A stretch of 64,000 bases of DNA from an uncultured Gammaproteobacteria bacterium (GCA_964506945.1 CAZDOC010000011.1:427-64426); one strand, 5' to 3'; shown: positions 19,175 to 28,436, counted from the stretch's first letter. The notes: generated by a model not told the origin, from the letters alone. Made by a program: numbers and translations.

Positions 19175-19384
19175 AGGTTCGGGATACTTGCAGACAAACG
19201 CGAAATTCTATCCTGCCTGCGATGGGGATGATAGGGGTGGCGGGCATCGTCTGTGCTGCCTGTCCCGGGGAGCGACAGGGGACGCCTGGGCGGGGCCCCC
19301 GTATCGACGCCGGGGCTTGCACCCCATCCCCGGCAACACGGTGGTGGGTGTTTCAGCCGGCCATTCGGGTATCATGAGTCCATC

Positions 19385-20335
19385 ATGCATGCGCGCGCCC
19401 CCCTGCTCATACTCCTTGGCCTGCTGCCGGGCATGCTGCTGGCCGGCCTCGCGGCCGGCGAGGATGTCTGCGAGGCCTATATCCCGGCACACCCGATCGA
19501 TGCCGGGGCCCTGCTGCGGGAAAGCACCGGACCCACGGGACTGCTCTGGCGTATCGATGGCCAGACGGCCAAGGCCAGTCATATCTTCGGCACCATCCAC
19601 CTGGACAACCCCCGGGTCACCGCCATCGACCCCCGGGTACGCCTGATCCTGGTGCGCAGTCGCAAGCTGATGATAGAGGTGTTGCTGGACGAAAAGGCCA
19701 ACCAGGCCTATCAGCGAGCGATCTACCAGCCCGCCGGCAATGAGGATCATGCCTCCCTGCGGACACTGCTGGGAACGGTGCTGTACCCGCGTTACCTGGA
19801 CCTGGCCACACGCGAGTATGGCCTCCCGCCAGCCGCCGCGGCACGACTGAAGCCGTGGGCGGCCTTCAACCTGCTGGCCCGCCCGCGGCCACGTTCGGGC
19901 GTGGTGCTGGACGAAGTCCTGTCGGGACTCGCCGCCCGGGCCGGCCGGCCGGTGGAGGGCATCGAGACCATGGACGACTTGCTGGCGACGCTGGAGGCGA
20001 TCCCGCTGGACGATCAACTGGAGATCCTGCGCGATACGCTCTGCAATCACCGGCTGCTGATGCAACAGGTCGGGACCCTGCTGCGTATCTACCTGGCCCG
20101 GGATCTGGATGCATTGCAAGGCTTCAACGAACAGCCACATCATGACGAGGCGGTCTTCGCGCGCTTTCAGCAGCGCATCCTCTACCGGCGCAACGAACTC
20201 ATGTTGCAGCGCGTGCTTCCCGAGATCGAGCAGGGCGAGGTCTTCATCGCCGTGGGCGCCCTGCATCTGAGCGGCCCCCGGGGGCTGCTGCAGCGCCTGC
20301 GCGAGGCCGGTTACCGCGTCACCGCTGAGTACTGA
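19385..20335 (+). CDS. TraB/GumN (Tiki-like) family exported protein
   Basis: GLLWRI...SHIFGTIH, GIET, RNELML, FIAVGALHL motifs; signal peptide. Confidence 0.88.
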   Translation: MHARAPLLILLGLLPGMLLAGLAAGEDVCEAYIPAHPIDAGALLRESTGPTGLLWRIDGQTAKASHIFGTIHLDNPRVTAIDPRVRLILVRSRKLMIEVLLDEKANQAYQRAIYQPAGNEDHASLRTLLGTVLYPRYLDLATREYGLPPAAAARLKPWAAFNLLARPRPRSGVVLDEVLSGLAARAGRPVEGIETMDDLLATLEAIPLDDQLEILRDTLCNHRLLMQQVGTLLRIYLARDLDALQGFNEQPHHDEAVFARFQQRILYRRNELMLQRVLPEIEQGEVFIAVGALHLSGPRGLLQRLREAGYRVTAEY

Positions 20336-20341
20336 CGGACT

Positions 20342-20656
20342 TCAGTCCTCCCCCGCCGCGGCGCGCTGTCGCTGCCGCTCCTCGTAGGCCTGCATCTGCT
20401 CGGCTGTCGCCTCGGGCTGGTGCTTGCGTTTCCACTCGGCATAGGGCTCGCCATAGATCCGTTCCCGGGCCTGCTCATAGTCGAGCGTGACACCGCGTTC
20501 TGCCGCGGCGCTGCGGTACCACTTGGACAGGCAGTTGCGGCAGAAACCGGCCAGGATCATCAGGTCGATATTCTGCACCTCCTTGTGGGCGTCCAGGTGT
20601 TCCAGCAGGCGCCGGAACACCGCCGCCTCGATCGCCTCGCGGTCATTGTCGTCCAT
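20342..20656 (-). CDS. DUF1244 family protein
   Basis: EAAVFRRLLEHL...VQNIDLMILAGFCRNCLSKWY...ARERIYGEPYAEWK. AGGAGG RBS precedes ATG 20656. Confidence 0.9.
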   Translation of the reverse strand: MDDNDREAIEAAVFRRLLEHLDAHKEVQNIDLMILAGFCRNCLSKWYRSAAAERGVTLDYEQARERIYGEPYAEWKRKHQPEATAEQMQAYEERQRQRAAAGED

Positions 20657-20821
20657 ATTCATCCTCCTGCGCCGGCAAAACGGCGAAACCCGATGGCCTA
20701 TCATATCATCAACAGTTTGGCGCCATGCTGCCGATATGCTCTATGCCATCGAGCGGACCGCGAACTCCGCTCCAGCTGGCGTATAATACCCGGCGGTTTC
20801 AAGACAATGGAGAAAAACGGC

Positions 20822-22153
20822 ATGAGCGAATCAGGGCTCCACAAGATCGTCATCGTCGGTGGTGGCGCCGGGGGACTGGAACTGGCCACCCGCCTGGGAG
20901 ACACCCTGGGCAAACGCAAGCAGGCGGAGATCACCTTGATCGACGCCAGCATGGTGCACATCTGGAAGCCCCTGCTGCACGAGGTCGCCGCCGGCACCCT
21001 GGATTCCCACGAGGACGATCTGGAATACCTGGCCCAGGGACACTGGCATCATTTCAAGTTCCGGCTCGGACGCATGGATGGGCTGGATCGGCAAAAGCGG
21101 ATCGTCAGCCTGGCCCCGACCCAGGACAAGGAGGGGCATGAATTCATTCCCCGCCGTGAATTCCACTACGATACCCTGGTGATCGCCGTGGGCAGCGTCA
21201 CCAATGATTTCGGCATCAAGGGCGTCAAGGAACACTGTCTGTTCCTGGATTCGCTGGACCAGGCCCTGGATTTTCACCAGTTGCTGCTGAAAAGCTGCTA
21301 TACGGCGCACACGCAGAAGGAACCGCTCCGCGAAGGCCAGCTCCACGTCGCCATCGCCGGGGCCGGCGCCACCGGCGTGGAGCTGGCGGCGGAGCTGCAC
21401 AACTCGACCCGACAGCTGGTGGCCTATGGACTGGACCGGATCGAGCCCGACAAGGATATCCAGTTCAGCATTATCGAGGCCGCCGACAGCATCCTCCCGG
21501 CGCTGCCGCCCCGCCTGTCACAGGCCACCGTGGATGCCCTGCACAATCTCGGTGTCGACGTGCGTACCGGTGAACGCATCATCGAGGCCACCGCCGACGG
21601 TTTTCATACCGACAAGGGCCATTTCATACCCTCTGCCATCAAGGTCTGGGCCGCCGGCATCAAGGCCCCGGACTTTCTCAGGGATATCGCCGGCCTGGAG
21701 ACCAACCCGATCAACCAGCTGGTGGTGAAAGACACCCTGCAAACTACCCGCGACGAGGATATCTTCGCCTTCGGTGACTGCGCGGCCTGCCCCATGCCGG
21801 ATACGGACCAGACGGTGCCCCCCCGCGCTCAGGCCGCGCATCAACAGGCCTCGATGCTCTACAAGAGTCTGAAGAAAAGGCTCAAGGGCCGATCCGAACT
21901 GCCGCGCTACCGCTACGTGGACTACGGCTCGCTGGTCAACCTGAGCCGCTACAGCACGGTGGGCAACATGATGGGCAACCTGATGGGGCGCTGGACCGGC
22001 AATGTGATGATCGAAGGCCTGATCGCCCGCTTCGTGTATATGTCCCTCTACAAGATGCATCTGATCGCCCTGCATGGCTACCTGCAGGTGGCGCTGCGCA
22101 CCCTGTCCAACCTGCTGACTCATCACGCACGGCCACGCATGAAGCTGCATTGA
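20822..22153 (+). CDS. ndh: Type II NADH dehydrogenase
   Basis: IVIVGGGAGGLELAT, HIWKPLLHEVAAG, IAGAGATGVELAAEL, GDCAA...PPRAQAAHQQA. GGAGA RBS; TATAAT at 20782-20787. Confidence 0.93.
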   Translation: MSESGLHKIVIVGGGAGGLELATRLGDTLGKRKQAEITLIDASMVHIWKPLLHEVAAGTLDSHEDDLEYLAQGHWHHFKFRLGRMDGLDRQKRIVSLAPTQDKEGHEFIPRREFHYDTLVIAVGSVTNDFGIKGVKEHCLFLDSLDQALDFHQLLLKSCYTAHTQKEPLREGQLHVAIAGAGATGVELAAELHNSTRQLVAYGLDRIEPDKDIQFSIIEAADSILPALPPRLSQATVDALHNLGVDVRTGERIIEATADGFHTDKGHFIPSAIKVWAAGIKAPDFLRDIAGLETNPINQLVVKDTLQTTRDEDIFAFGDCAACPMPDTDQTVPPRAQAAHQQASMLYKSLKKRLKGRSELPRYRYVDYGSLVNLSRYSTVGNMMGNLMGRWTGNVMIEGLIARFVYMSLYKMHLIALHGYLQVALRTLSNLLTHHARPRMKLH

Positions 22154-22172
22154 TCCCGCACGGGAATGCCTT

Positions 22173-22388
22173 CGCCACGAAGGACACGAAGTTTTCGGGA
22201 ATACGCCAGCCGCAAGATCGGGTGATTTCCGCTTGCCGGCGCAAGCCGGTTTGAGCGGTGATACAGTCTGCAATCGTTCCCTTTCCCCACGGACCCCTCA
22301 GCACCACCAGCCCATGCGCGTGGACCGCGCCCACCCCTGGTGCTCGTGGATGCAGTTCGATCTCTACTGCTTCGTGAGCTTCGTGGTG
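22173..22388. repeat. Intergenic element bounded by inverted CACGAAG-unit repeats (copy 2)
   Basis: Left end CGCCACGAAGGACACGAAG; right end CTTCGTGAGCTTCGTGGTG. Confidence 0.7.
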
Positions 22389-22408
22389 GGCTTCCCGGAC
22401 CGACCCTG

Positions 22409-23791
22409 TCAAAGATCGTATTTCTTCATCCGGTAACGCATGGCCATGCGCGTGACACCGAGCAGGCGGGCTGCCTCGGATACGTTGCCGCCCGTGCGTT
22501 CCAGCGCATTCTGGATCAGGAACTGTTCGGCGCCATCCAGGGTCATGCCCTCCAGGCTGACCCCGGCGGATCCGGTCCTGGGTTCCACCCCGGGCAGCAT
22601 CAGGCTGTCTGGCTCCAGTACGCCATCACCACACAGCAGCACCGCGCGTTCGATCAGATGCTTCATCTCGCGCACGTTGCCGGGCCAGTTATAACGCTTC
22701 ATGGCCGTGACGGCATCGTTGCCCAGTTGCGGGGCCTGTACGCCGTAGCGGGCCGCGGTCTGGGCGATAAAATGACGCGCCAGGAGTTCGATATCATCGC
22801 CCCGCTCGCGTAGGGGTGGCATGTTCAGGGTCAGGACATTGAGTCTGAAATAGAGATCGGAACGAAACTCTCCGGCCCGGGACATGGCCTCCAGGTCACG
22901 GTTGGTCGCCGCGATCAACCATGCCCTGAGCGGACGTTCCCGGGTGGAACCGATGCGCCTGACCGTGCGCCGTTCCAGGGTGGCCAGGAGCTTGGCTTGC
23001 AGTTCCAGTGGCAACTCACCGACCTCGTCCAGAAACAGGGCTCCGTCCTCGGCGGCCTCGAACAGCCCGGTTCGCGCCGTATGGGCGTTGGTGAACGCGC
23101 CTTTTTCATGGCCGAAGAGTTCCGCCTCGATGAGTTCCTTCGGCAAGGATGCGCAATCCACCTGGACAAACGGCCTGTCATGGCGCGCGCTCTCGGCATG
23201 CAGCAGACGCGCGGCCACATCCTTGCCGGTGCCGGTCTCGCCGAGGATCAGTACCGTTGGGGGTATCGTATCGGCCCCTGCCACCAACGTGCCTATGCGT
23301 CTGATCTGTTCGCGCAGGGACTGCACGCGGGCATCGTCGCCCAGCAATTGCGCCCCTTCCACCGTATGCCGTTCCCGCTCACGGGAATACTGCAACTTGC
23401 GGTCCAGTGCCTGCTTGTCGAGGACCTTGGCCACATGGATCAGGATCTCGTCCAGGTCCACCGGTTTCTTCAGATAGTCCGAGGCGCGCAGCTTCATGGC
23501 CGTCACGGCATCCTCCAGTTCACCGTAGGCGGACATGATCAAAACCGGCACCTCGGAGCCCTGCTGCTCTCGCAACCAGGTAAGGAAATCCAGCCCCGAA
23601 CCATCGGGCAGACGCATGTCGAGCAGCACCATATCCGGAGCGAAGTCGGCCTGACTCCCCCTGGCCTGCTCCAGGTTACCGGCGATATCGCAGCGATAAC
23701 CCTCTTTTTGCAGGCGCTTGGCGACCGCCTTGGCGAACAAGGCCTCGTCCTCGACTATCAGGATCTTTGCTTCAGTCTGTGCCACTGCCAC
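22409..23791 (-). CDS. Sigma-54-dependent NtrC-family response regulator (REC-AAA+-Fis HTH)
   Basis: REC (LLDMRLPDG), Walker A GETGTGKD, ELFGHEKGAFTNA, LFLDEVGE, FRSDLYFRLN, WPGNVRE, GNVSEAARLLG. Confidence 0.95.
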   Translation of the reverse strand: MAVAQTEAKILIVEDEALFAKAVAKRLQKEGYRCDIAGNLEQARGSQADFAPDMVLLDMRLPDGSGLDFLTWLREQQGSEVPVLIMSAYGELEDAVTAMKLRASDYLKKPVDLDEILIHVAKVLDKQALDRKLQYSRERERHTVEGAQLLGDDARVQSLREQIRRIGTLVAGADTIPPTVLILGETGTGKDVAARLLHAESARHDRPFVQVDCASLPKELIEAELFGHEKGAFTNAHTARTGLFEAAEDGALFLDEVGELPLELQAKLLATLERRTVRRIGSTRERPLRAWLIAATNRDLEAMSRAGEFRSDLYFRLNVLTLNMPPLRERGDDIELLARHFIAQTAARYGVQAPQLGNDAVTAMKRYNWPGNVREMKHLIERAVLLCGDGVLEPDSLMLPGVEPRTGSAGVSLEGMTLDGAEQFLIQNALERTGGNVSEAARLLGVTRMAMRYRMKKYDL

Positions 23792-23849
23792 CCCCCGCTA
23801 ACCATTGTATGACGATGTGTCGATGCAGGCATCCCGGCCGAACCCCGAC

Positions 23850-25370
23850 TCAGGCATCCGCGAGGGACCCGGCAACCCGTCCGGTCTGCCGCGGGATACG
23901 AATGGTGACCCGTGTCCCGGCCCCGGGCAAGGCCTCGAAACTCAGCGCCCAGCCATGCACCGCGCAGACCTTGAAGGCCACCGGGATCCCCAGGCCGGTG
24001 CCGAACCGCTTGGTGGTCAGTCCCGGTTCCAGATCCCCCGCGACCGGCTCGAAGGGTATCCCCGGCCCCTGATCATCGAGGGTGAGACGGTATTCATCCA
24101 CCCGCTGCTCCAGCCCGATCTTCAGACTGGAGCCCATGGGCGAGGCATCGATGGCGTTTGAGAGCAGGCCGTAGACGGCCTGCTCCATCAAATCCGCATC
24201 CACGTTGACCGAAACATCCTCCGACCTGTCCGGCTTGATGACGGACATGTTTTTTTCACTGAGACGATTCTGCAACAGGCGCAGAGCCGCCTCCGGGATG
24301 GCCAGCAAACCCTGTTCGATGGGATGCGGCTTGAGTGGGTGCAGGTAGGATACCAGGGCACTGACCCAGCGCTCCAGACGATCCACGGTCTCGATCACCG
24401 CGGCCTTCACATCCTCGATATCCTCCTGGTCATCGATGACATCGAGCAATTGCGCGCTGGCGCGGATACTGGCCAGCGGATTGCGTATATTATGCGCGAT
24501 CACCGGCACCAGCGACCCCAGGGCGGCCTGCCGTTCCGTTTCCACCAGCGCCGTCTGGATCTTTGCCAGCTCGGCCGCCATACGGTTCAGCACCTCGGCC
24601 AGGTGCATGAGTTCGCGGGTCCCCTGGATCGAGATACGATGGTCCAGGCGGCCCGTGCTGATCTCCCTGGCGCCTGCGATCAGTTCCGCCATCGGCCTGA
24701 CGAATCCCCGCTGCAGGCTTCGGCGCGACATCAGTAACAATCCAAAGCCCAGCAGCAACACCAGGGGGATCAACCATGAGGCCAATTGTGTCCATTGTTG
24801 CATCTGCCGGCGCAGAAGTTCGTCCCCCGCCTTCAGGTGATCCTCGAAGTTCCTGAAGGCCAGTTCGAATTCCCCCACCACGGACTGCTGATAACGGATA
24901 TCGAGAATACGCATGCGTACCGCGCGGTTCATCATGTAGGGACTGCTGAAGATCTTGTTCATATCCTGCTGTATCACGCGGTAGGCGTGTTGCATATCCT
25001 GTATGCTGAGTTCCTCTTCCTGGCTGGCCGTGGCCTGCCGCAGGCGGTTGAAGTTGTCGTCTATGGAGCGGGAATACTGACTATAGAGACTGGTTGCCCT
25101 GGGGTCTTCCATGATCCTGGCGACGGTAACATCCTTGATCTGGCGGAACAGATCCGTGCGTATGTTATGGGCGGTAAAGGCCATCTGACTGAGTCGCAGC
25201 GATTCCTGAGAGGTCTGTTGCCAGAAGTAGGCCCACAGCCCACCGAGCACACCGGTGACGATCACCAGCAGCAACAGGGCCAGTTCATGCATCAACAACA
25301 GGGATTTCAGGGATCGTGATCTGTTGGCCGATGTCTGCACGCTCGAATACCTGATATGGCGCTGATTCAC
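23850..25370 (-). CDS. Membrane sensor histidine kinase (periplasmic helical sensor, HAMP, HisKA, HATPase)
   Basis: Two TM segments, HAMP, IAHNIRNPLASI H-box, NAIDAS, DQGPGI, GTGLGI; co-oriented with the NtrC-type regulator. Confidence 0.9.
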   Translation of the reverse strand: MNQRHIRYSSVQTSANRSRSLKSLLLMHELALLLLVIVTGVLGGLWAYFWQQTSQESLRLSQMAFTAHNIRTDLFRQIKDVTVARIMEDPRATSLYSQYSRSIDDNFNRLRQATASQEEELSIQDMQHAYRVIQQDMNKIFSSPYMMNRAVRMRILDIRYQQSVVGEFELAFRNFEDHLKAGDELLRRQMQQWTQLASWLIPLVLLLGFGLLLMSRRSLQRGFVRPMAELIAGAREISTGRLDHRISIQGTRELMHLAEVLNRMAAELAKIQTALVETERQAALGSLVPVIAHNIRNPLASIRASAQLLDVIDDQEDIEDVKAAVIETVDRLERWVSALVSYLHPLKPHPIEQGLLAIPEAALRLLQNRLSEKNMSVIKPDRSEDVSVNVDADLMEQAVYGLLSNAIDASPMGSSLKIGLEQRVDEYRLTLDDQGPGIPFEPVAGDLEPGLTTKRFGTGLGIPVAFKVCAVHGWALSFEALPGAGTRVTIRIPRQTGRVAGSLADA

Positions 25371-25468
25371 CGACCGACCCCGTCTGGCTCGGGGAGCCCC
25401 CTGCGCGGTCGACTGACGACCGCGATCGGGATCCCGTCGCCAACGCAGTGGGCTTGCACCACCAGCAA

Positions 25469-25507
25469 TGGTCGAATTAAACCATCACCTCTGGTCCATA
25501 TCAACCA
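25469..25507. promoter_or_regulatory. Tandem upstream activator sequences TGGT-N8-ACCA
   Basis: TGGTCGAATTAAACCA (25469-25484) and TGGTCCATATCAACCA (25492-25507), about 90-130 bp upstream of the sigma-54 -24 element. Confidence 0.65.
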
Positions 25508-25564
25508 TTACGGATACGGGCCGGACCAGGCGATGTGGCTGTAACAATGCCTGTTCACCTGTAT

Positions 25565-25577
25565 TATCAACAAGTTG
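25565..25577 (+). promoter_or_regulatory. IHF binding site
   Basis: TATCAACAAGTTG is an exact match to WATCAA-N4-TTR and lies between the UAS and the -24/-12 promoter. Confidence 0.65.
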
Positions 25578-25595
25578 AATGATTATTCAGCGATC

Positions 25596-25611
25596 TGGCA
25601 TGGTATCTGCA
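25596..25611 (+). promoter_or_regulatory. Sigma-54 (-24/-12) promoter for the pqqA genes
   Basis: TGGCATGGTATCTGCA has GG-N10-GC spacing and lies 76 nt upstream of the first pqqA ATG. Confidence 0.8.
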
Positions 25612-25686
25612 ATATACCAGGCAAGTGCAGTCCACTGGCTGCATACCGTAAGCCGACAAACTACTGAATGATTCGAGGTGAATATC

Positions 25687-25761
25687 ATGGCTTGGGAAAC
25701 TCCTTCTTACAACGACATCCGTTTCGGTTTTGAAGTCACCATGTACATCAACAACCGTTAA
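25687..25761 (+). CDS. pqqA: PQQ precursor peptide PqqA, copy 1
   Basis: MAWETPSYNDIRFGFEVTMYINNR* (24 aa) with the conserved E-x-x-x-Y core; GAGGTG RBS. Too short for the ORF track. Confidence 0.95.
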   Translation: MAWETPSYNDIRFGFEVTMYINNR

Positions 25762-25805
25762 ACGGCCTTTTCAAGCACGTCACAGCAATCAACGAGGATA
25801 GACAA

Positions 25806-25880
25806 ATGACCTGGGAAACTCCTTCTTACAATGACATCCGTTTCGGTTTTGAAGTCACCATGTACATCAACAACCGTTAA
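25806..25880 (+). CDS. pqqA: PQQ precursor peptide PqqA, copy 2
   Basis: MTWETPSYNDIRFGFEVTMYINNR* (24 aa); GAGGA RBS. Confidence 0.95.
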   Translation: MTWETPSYNDIRFGFEVTMYINNR

Positions 25881-25904
25881 CCGGCACGTCAAGCCGTTAT
25901 GACC

Positions 25905-25934
25905 AGGGGACCTAGAAGGTCCCCTTGTTTTTTG
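25905..25934 (+). terminator. Intrinsic terminator after the pqqA pair
   Basis: Stem AGGGGACCT-AGA-AGGTCCCCT followed by TGTTTTTTG. Confidence 0.8.
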
Positions 25935-25939
25935 TCTCC

Positions 25940-26884
25940 ATGTCGCCCCCCGCCACTGATCCACCAGCCGCCATCGCCTGCCATGCGCTGTGCAAAAAAT
26001 ATGCAGACATCACGGCGGTCGACGCGCTCGACCTGAATATCCCCCAGGGTCAGTTCTTTGGCCTCCTGGGGCGGAACGGTTCCGGCAAGACCACCACCTT
26101 GCACATGATCTCCAGCCTGATCCGGCCCACGGGCGGCAAGCTGCTGGTAAATGGCCTGGACGTGACCCGAAAGGCCGCGCGCGTGCGCAGACTGACGGGA
26201 CTGGTATTCCAGGATTCGGCCCTGGACCGCAATCTCAGCGTGTCGGAAAACCTGCATTTCTCCGGTGCCCTGTATGGCTTGAAAAAGGTCGATATTCAGC
26301 GGCGCATCGCACACCTGCTGGAAATATTCGAACTGGGAGACAAACGGGACATGCCGGTCGCCGCGCTCTCGGGCGGGATGCGGCGCGCGGTGGATATCGC
26401 CCGCGGGGTACTGCATGAACCCCGGCTGCTGCTGCTGGACGAACCCACCACGGGTCTGGATGTGATCAATCGCCGCGCCATCTGGCGCTACCTGCATCGA
26501 CTGCGCGGTGAGACCGGCATGACCGTGATCCTGACCACGCATTACCTGGAGGAGGCCGTTGACTGCGATCAGGTCGTGTTCATGCGCCAGGGGCGGGTCA
26601 TCGGCAGTGGCGAGCCGCCACGGCTGATCCGCGAACTGGGCCACCACATTCTCGAGGTTCACAGCAGCACCCCTGACATCTGCGGTCGTTTGCTGAACAC
26701 GGATCTGGGCCCGCCCTGGAGCGAGGGGGAGCGGCTGTTGTACCGCATCCGGGACCCGGACTTCAACCTGGGAGATATCGAATCACGCCTGCGGGGACAT
26801 GTCGATTCGCTGCTCCTGAGACACCCCGATCTGAACGATGTCTATGTCTGGATGAACCGACCCGCCGACGAGGCCGGCACATGA
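25940..26884 (+). CDS. ABC-2 type exporter ATP-binding subunit (PedB-like / DrrA-like)
   Basis: GRNGSGKTT, LSGGMRR, LLLLDEPTTGLD, TTHYLEEA. Confidence 0.9.
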   Translation: MSPPATDPPAAIACHALCKKYADITAVDALDLNIPQGQFFGLLGRNGSGKTTTLHMISSLIRPTGGKLLVNGLDVTRKAARVRRLTGLVFQDSALDRNLSVSENLHFSGALYGLKKVDIQRRIAHLLEIFELGDKRDMPVAALSGGMRRAVDIARGVLHEPRLLLLDEPTTGLDVINRRAIWRYLHRLRGETGMTVILTTHYLEEAVDCDQVVFMRQGRVIGSGEPPRLIRELGHHILEVHSSTPDICGRLLNTDLGPPWSEGERLLYRIRDPDFNLGDIESRLRGHVDSLLLRHPDLNDVYVWMNRPADEAGT

Positions 26885-27687
26885 TCCGGGCACTGTCGGC
26901 CATCATCCTGCGGGAACTGGTGCGCATGTTCAGACAACGTGGCCGTCTGGTCAGCGCCATGGTCCGCCCGCTGATCTGGCTGCTGGTCATCGGCACCGGA
27001 TTTCAGTCGCTGGTCGGGGAGGCCATGGGTGAAGACTATCACCAGTTCCTGGTGCCCGGCCTGCTGGCCATGGTCCTGCTGTTTGGCGCCATGCTGGCCT
27101 CCTTGTCGCTGGTCTATGACAAGGAATCCGGCGTCATGCGCATGCTGGTGATGGCCCCCTTTCCCCATTACTGGATCGTTTTGTCGCGGACCCTCAGCGC
27201 CGCCATCGCCGGTCTGATCCAGGCCTTGTTGCTGCTGCTCATCCTCTTGCCGATGGGTTATGTCCCGCAACTACCGGATATCCCGCTGATGATCACGGCC
27301 CTGGTCCTGGCGGCGTTCACCTGCGCCAGCCTGGGCATGTTGATCGCCGTCTTCAGCCGCACCCTGGACAATTTCGCCGTGATCATGAATTTCGTCATCT
27401 TCCCGGTGTTTTTCCTCAGCGGGGCGCTGTACCCCTTGCGGAAACTGCCCATGGAATTCGTCTGGCTGGCCCAGGCCAATCCCTTCACCTACGCGGTGGA
27501 CCTGCTGAAACATGCGATGCTGGGTCAGCCGCTGGGTGTGATGGGCGCCGATCTCGGCACCGTGGTGGATATCTCCGTGATGCTGGGCTTCAACCTGGTG
27601 GCCCTGACCATCGCCGCCTTGAGGTTTTCACACACCCCGGTGATCGAATCCCTGGCGCGGGTGCTGAGCCAGGGCGGTCGCCGCTAG
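26881..27687 (+). CDS. ABC-2 type permease, resembling PedC-type permeases of PQQ-dehydrogenase loci
   Basis: RELVRMFRQRGRLVSAMVRPLIWL, FLVPGLLAMVLLF, NFAVIMNFVIFPVFFLSGALYPL, NPFTYAVD. Confidence 0.85.
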   Translation: MIRALSAIILRELVRMFRQRGRLVSAMVRPLIWLLVIGTGFQSLVGEAMGEDYHQFLVPGLLAMVLLFGAMLASLSLVYDKESGVMRMLVMAPFPHYWIVLSRTLSAAIAGLIQALLLLLILLPMGYVPQLPDIPLMITALVLAAFTCASLGMLIAVFSRTLDNFAVIMNFVIFPVFFLSGALYPLRKLPMEFVWLAQANPFTYAVDLLKHAMLGQPLGVMGADLGTVVDISVMLGFNLVALTIAALRFSHTPVIESLARVLSQGGRR

Positions 27688-27854
27688 GGGCCTGCCGGAT
27701 CCGGTCGATGGTAGCGAGGGGAAGCCTCCAGAGCCGGATTATTGGGTCATCTGATCCAGTTCAGCCGGGGCCGGTAGCCGGGTAACGGCAATGAGCGGGA
27801 AATCGGGCCAACGGGACTTTTCCGCACTAGAACAGTCCCGAGTCCGGCAGACGC

Positions 27855-28436
27855 CTAGGACGGCGGAGGGCTGCCGGGACCCTGGGAACCACCGCGCAAC
27901 CCGGGCCACATGCGCTGGAACACCCCGTCCTTGAATACCAGCAGGTGGGACAGGGCCGCCAGCACATGCACGATGATCAGGCCCAGCAGGACAATCGAGC
28001 AGATGACGTGCAATTCGGTGAAGAGTTCATTGAGGACCGGGTCCTTCCAGCCCCATTGAGGCAGGGGAATGCCAAAATAACGGGTCTTGTAGCCACTGAA
28101 GGAGGAAGAGACATACCCACTCACCGGCTGCAGGAACATCATCGCATAGAGCAGGCCGTGCGTGAATTCCGCCAGGATCCATTTCCACCGGGGCATGCCG
28201 CGTGGCCGGCCCGGCAGGGAGGAAACCTGGCGCCAGAAGAGCCGGAACAGGGCCAGCATGGCCACGGTCAGGCCGATGGATTTATGCGTGGTGAAGAACA
28301 GGTGGCGCGCGTCACCCTTGGGCAGATCGACCATGTACCAGCCCAGGCCGTACATGACGACGATCAGGATCACCATCAGCCAGTGAAGACCGATGGCCAT
28401 GCGGTCGTAGCGCTGGATCGCGGCGCTGATGCTCAC
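27855..28436 (-). CDS. Cytochrome b561 (YceJ/CybB family)
   Basis: RY...IGLHWL, HKSIGLT, HGLLY, ELHV...HVLAALSH...DGVFQRM heme-ligand pattern. Confidence 0.9.
   Translation of the reverse strand: MSISAAIQRYDRMAIGLHWLMVILIVVMYGLGWYMVDLPKGDARHLFFTTHKSIGLTVAMLALFRLFWRQVSSLPGRPRGMPRWKWILAEFTHGLLYAMMFLQPVSGYVSSSFSGYKTRYFGIPLPQWGWKDPVLNELFTELHVICSIVLLGLIIVHVLAALSHLLVFKDGVFQRMWPGLRGGSQGPGSPPPS

Noticed and set aside
19385-20335. TraB/GumN protease as a substitute for PqqF in PqqA processing
   Set aside because: It has a signal peptide, whereas PqqA processing is cytoplasmic, and it is not linked to the pqqA transcript.
25687-25880. Direct repeat that could be mistaken for a CRISPR array
   Set aside because: Only two units of about 70 nt, both coding PqqA with RBS and stop; no cas genes.
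27688-27854. GGGACTTTTCCG (~27813) and similar sequences at ~4343 and ~11553 as further copies of the GGGA-N5-TCCC box
   Set aside because: Different spacing and single imperfect copies; not distinguishable from chance.
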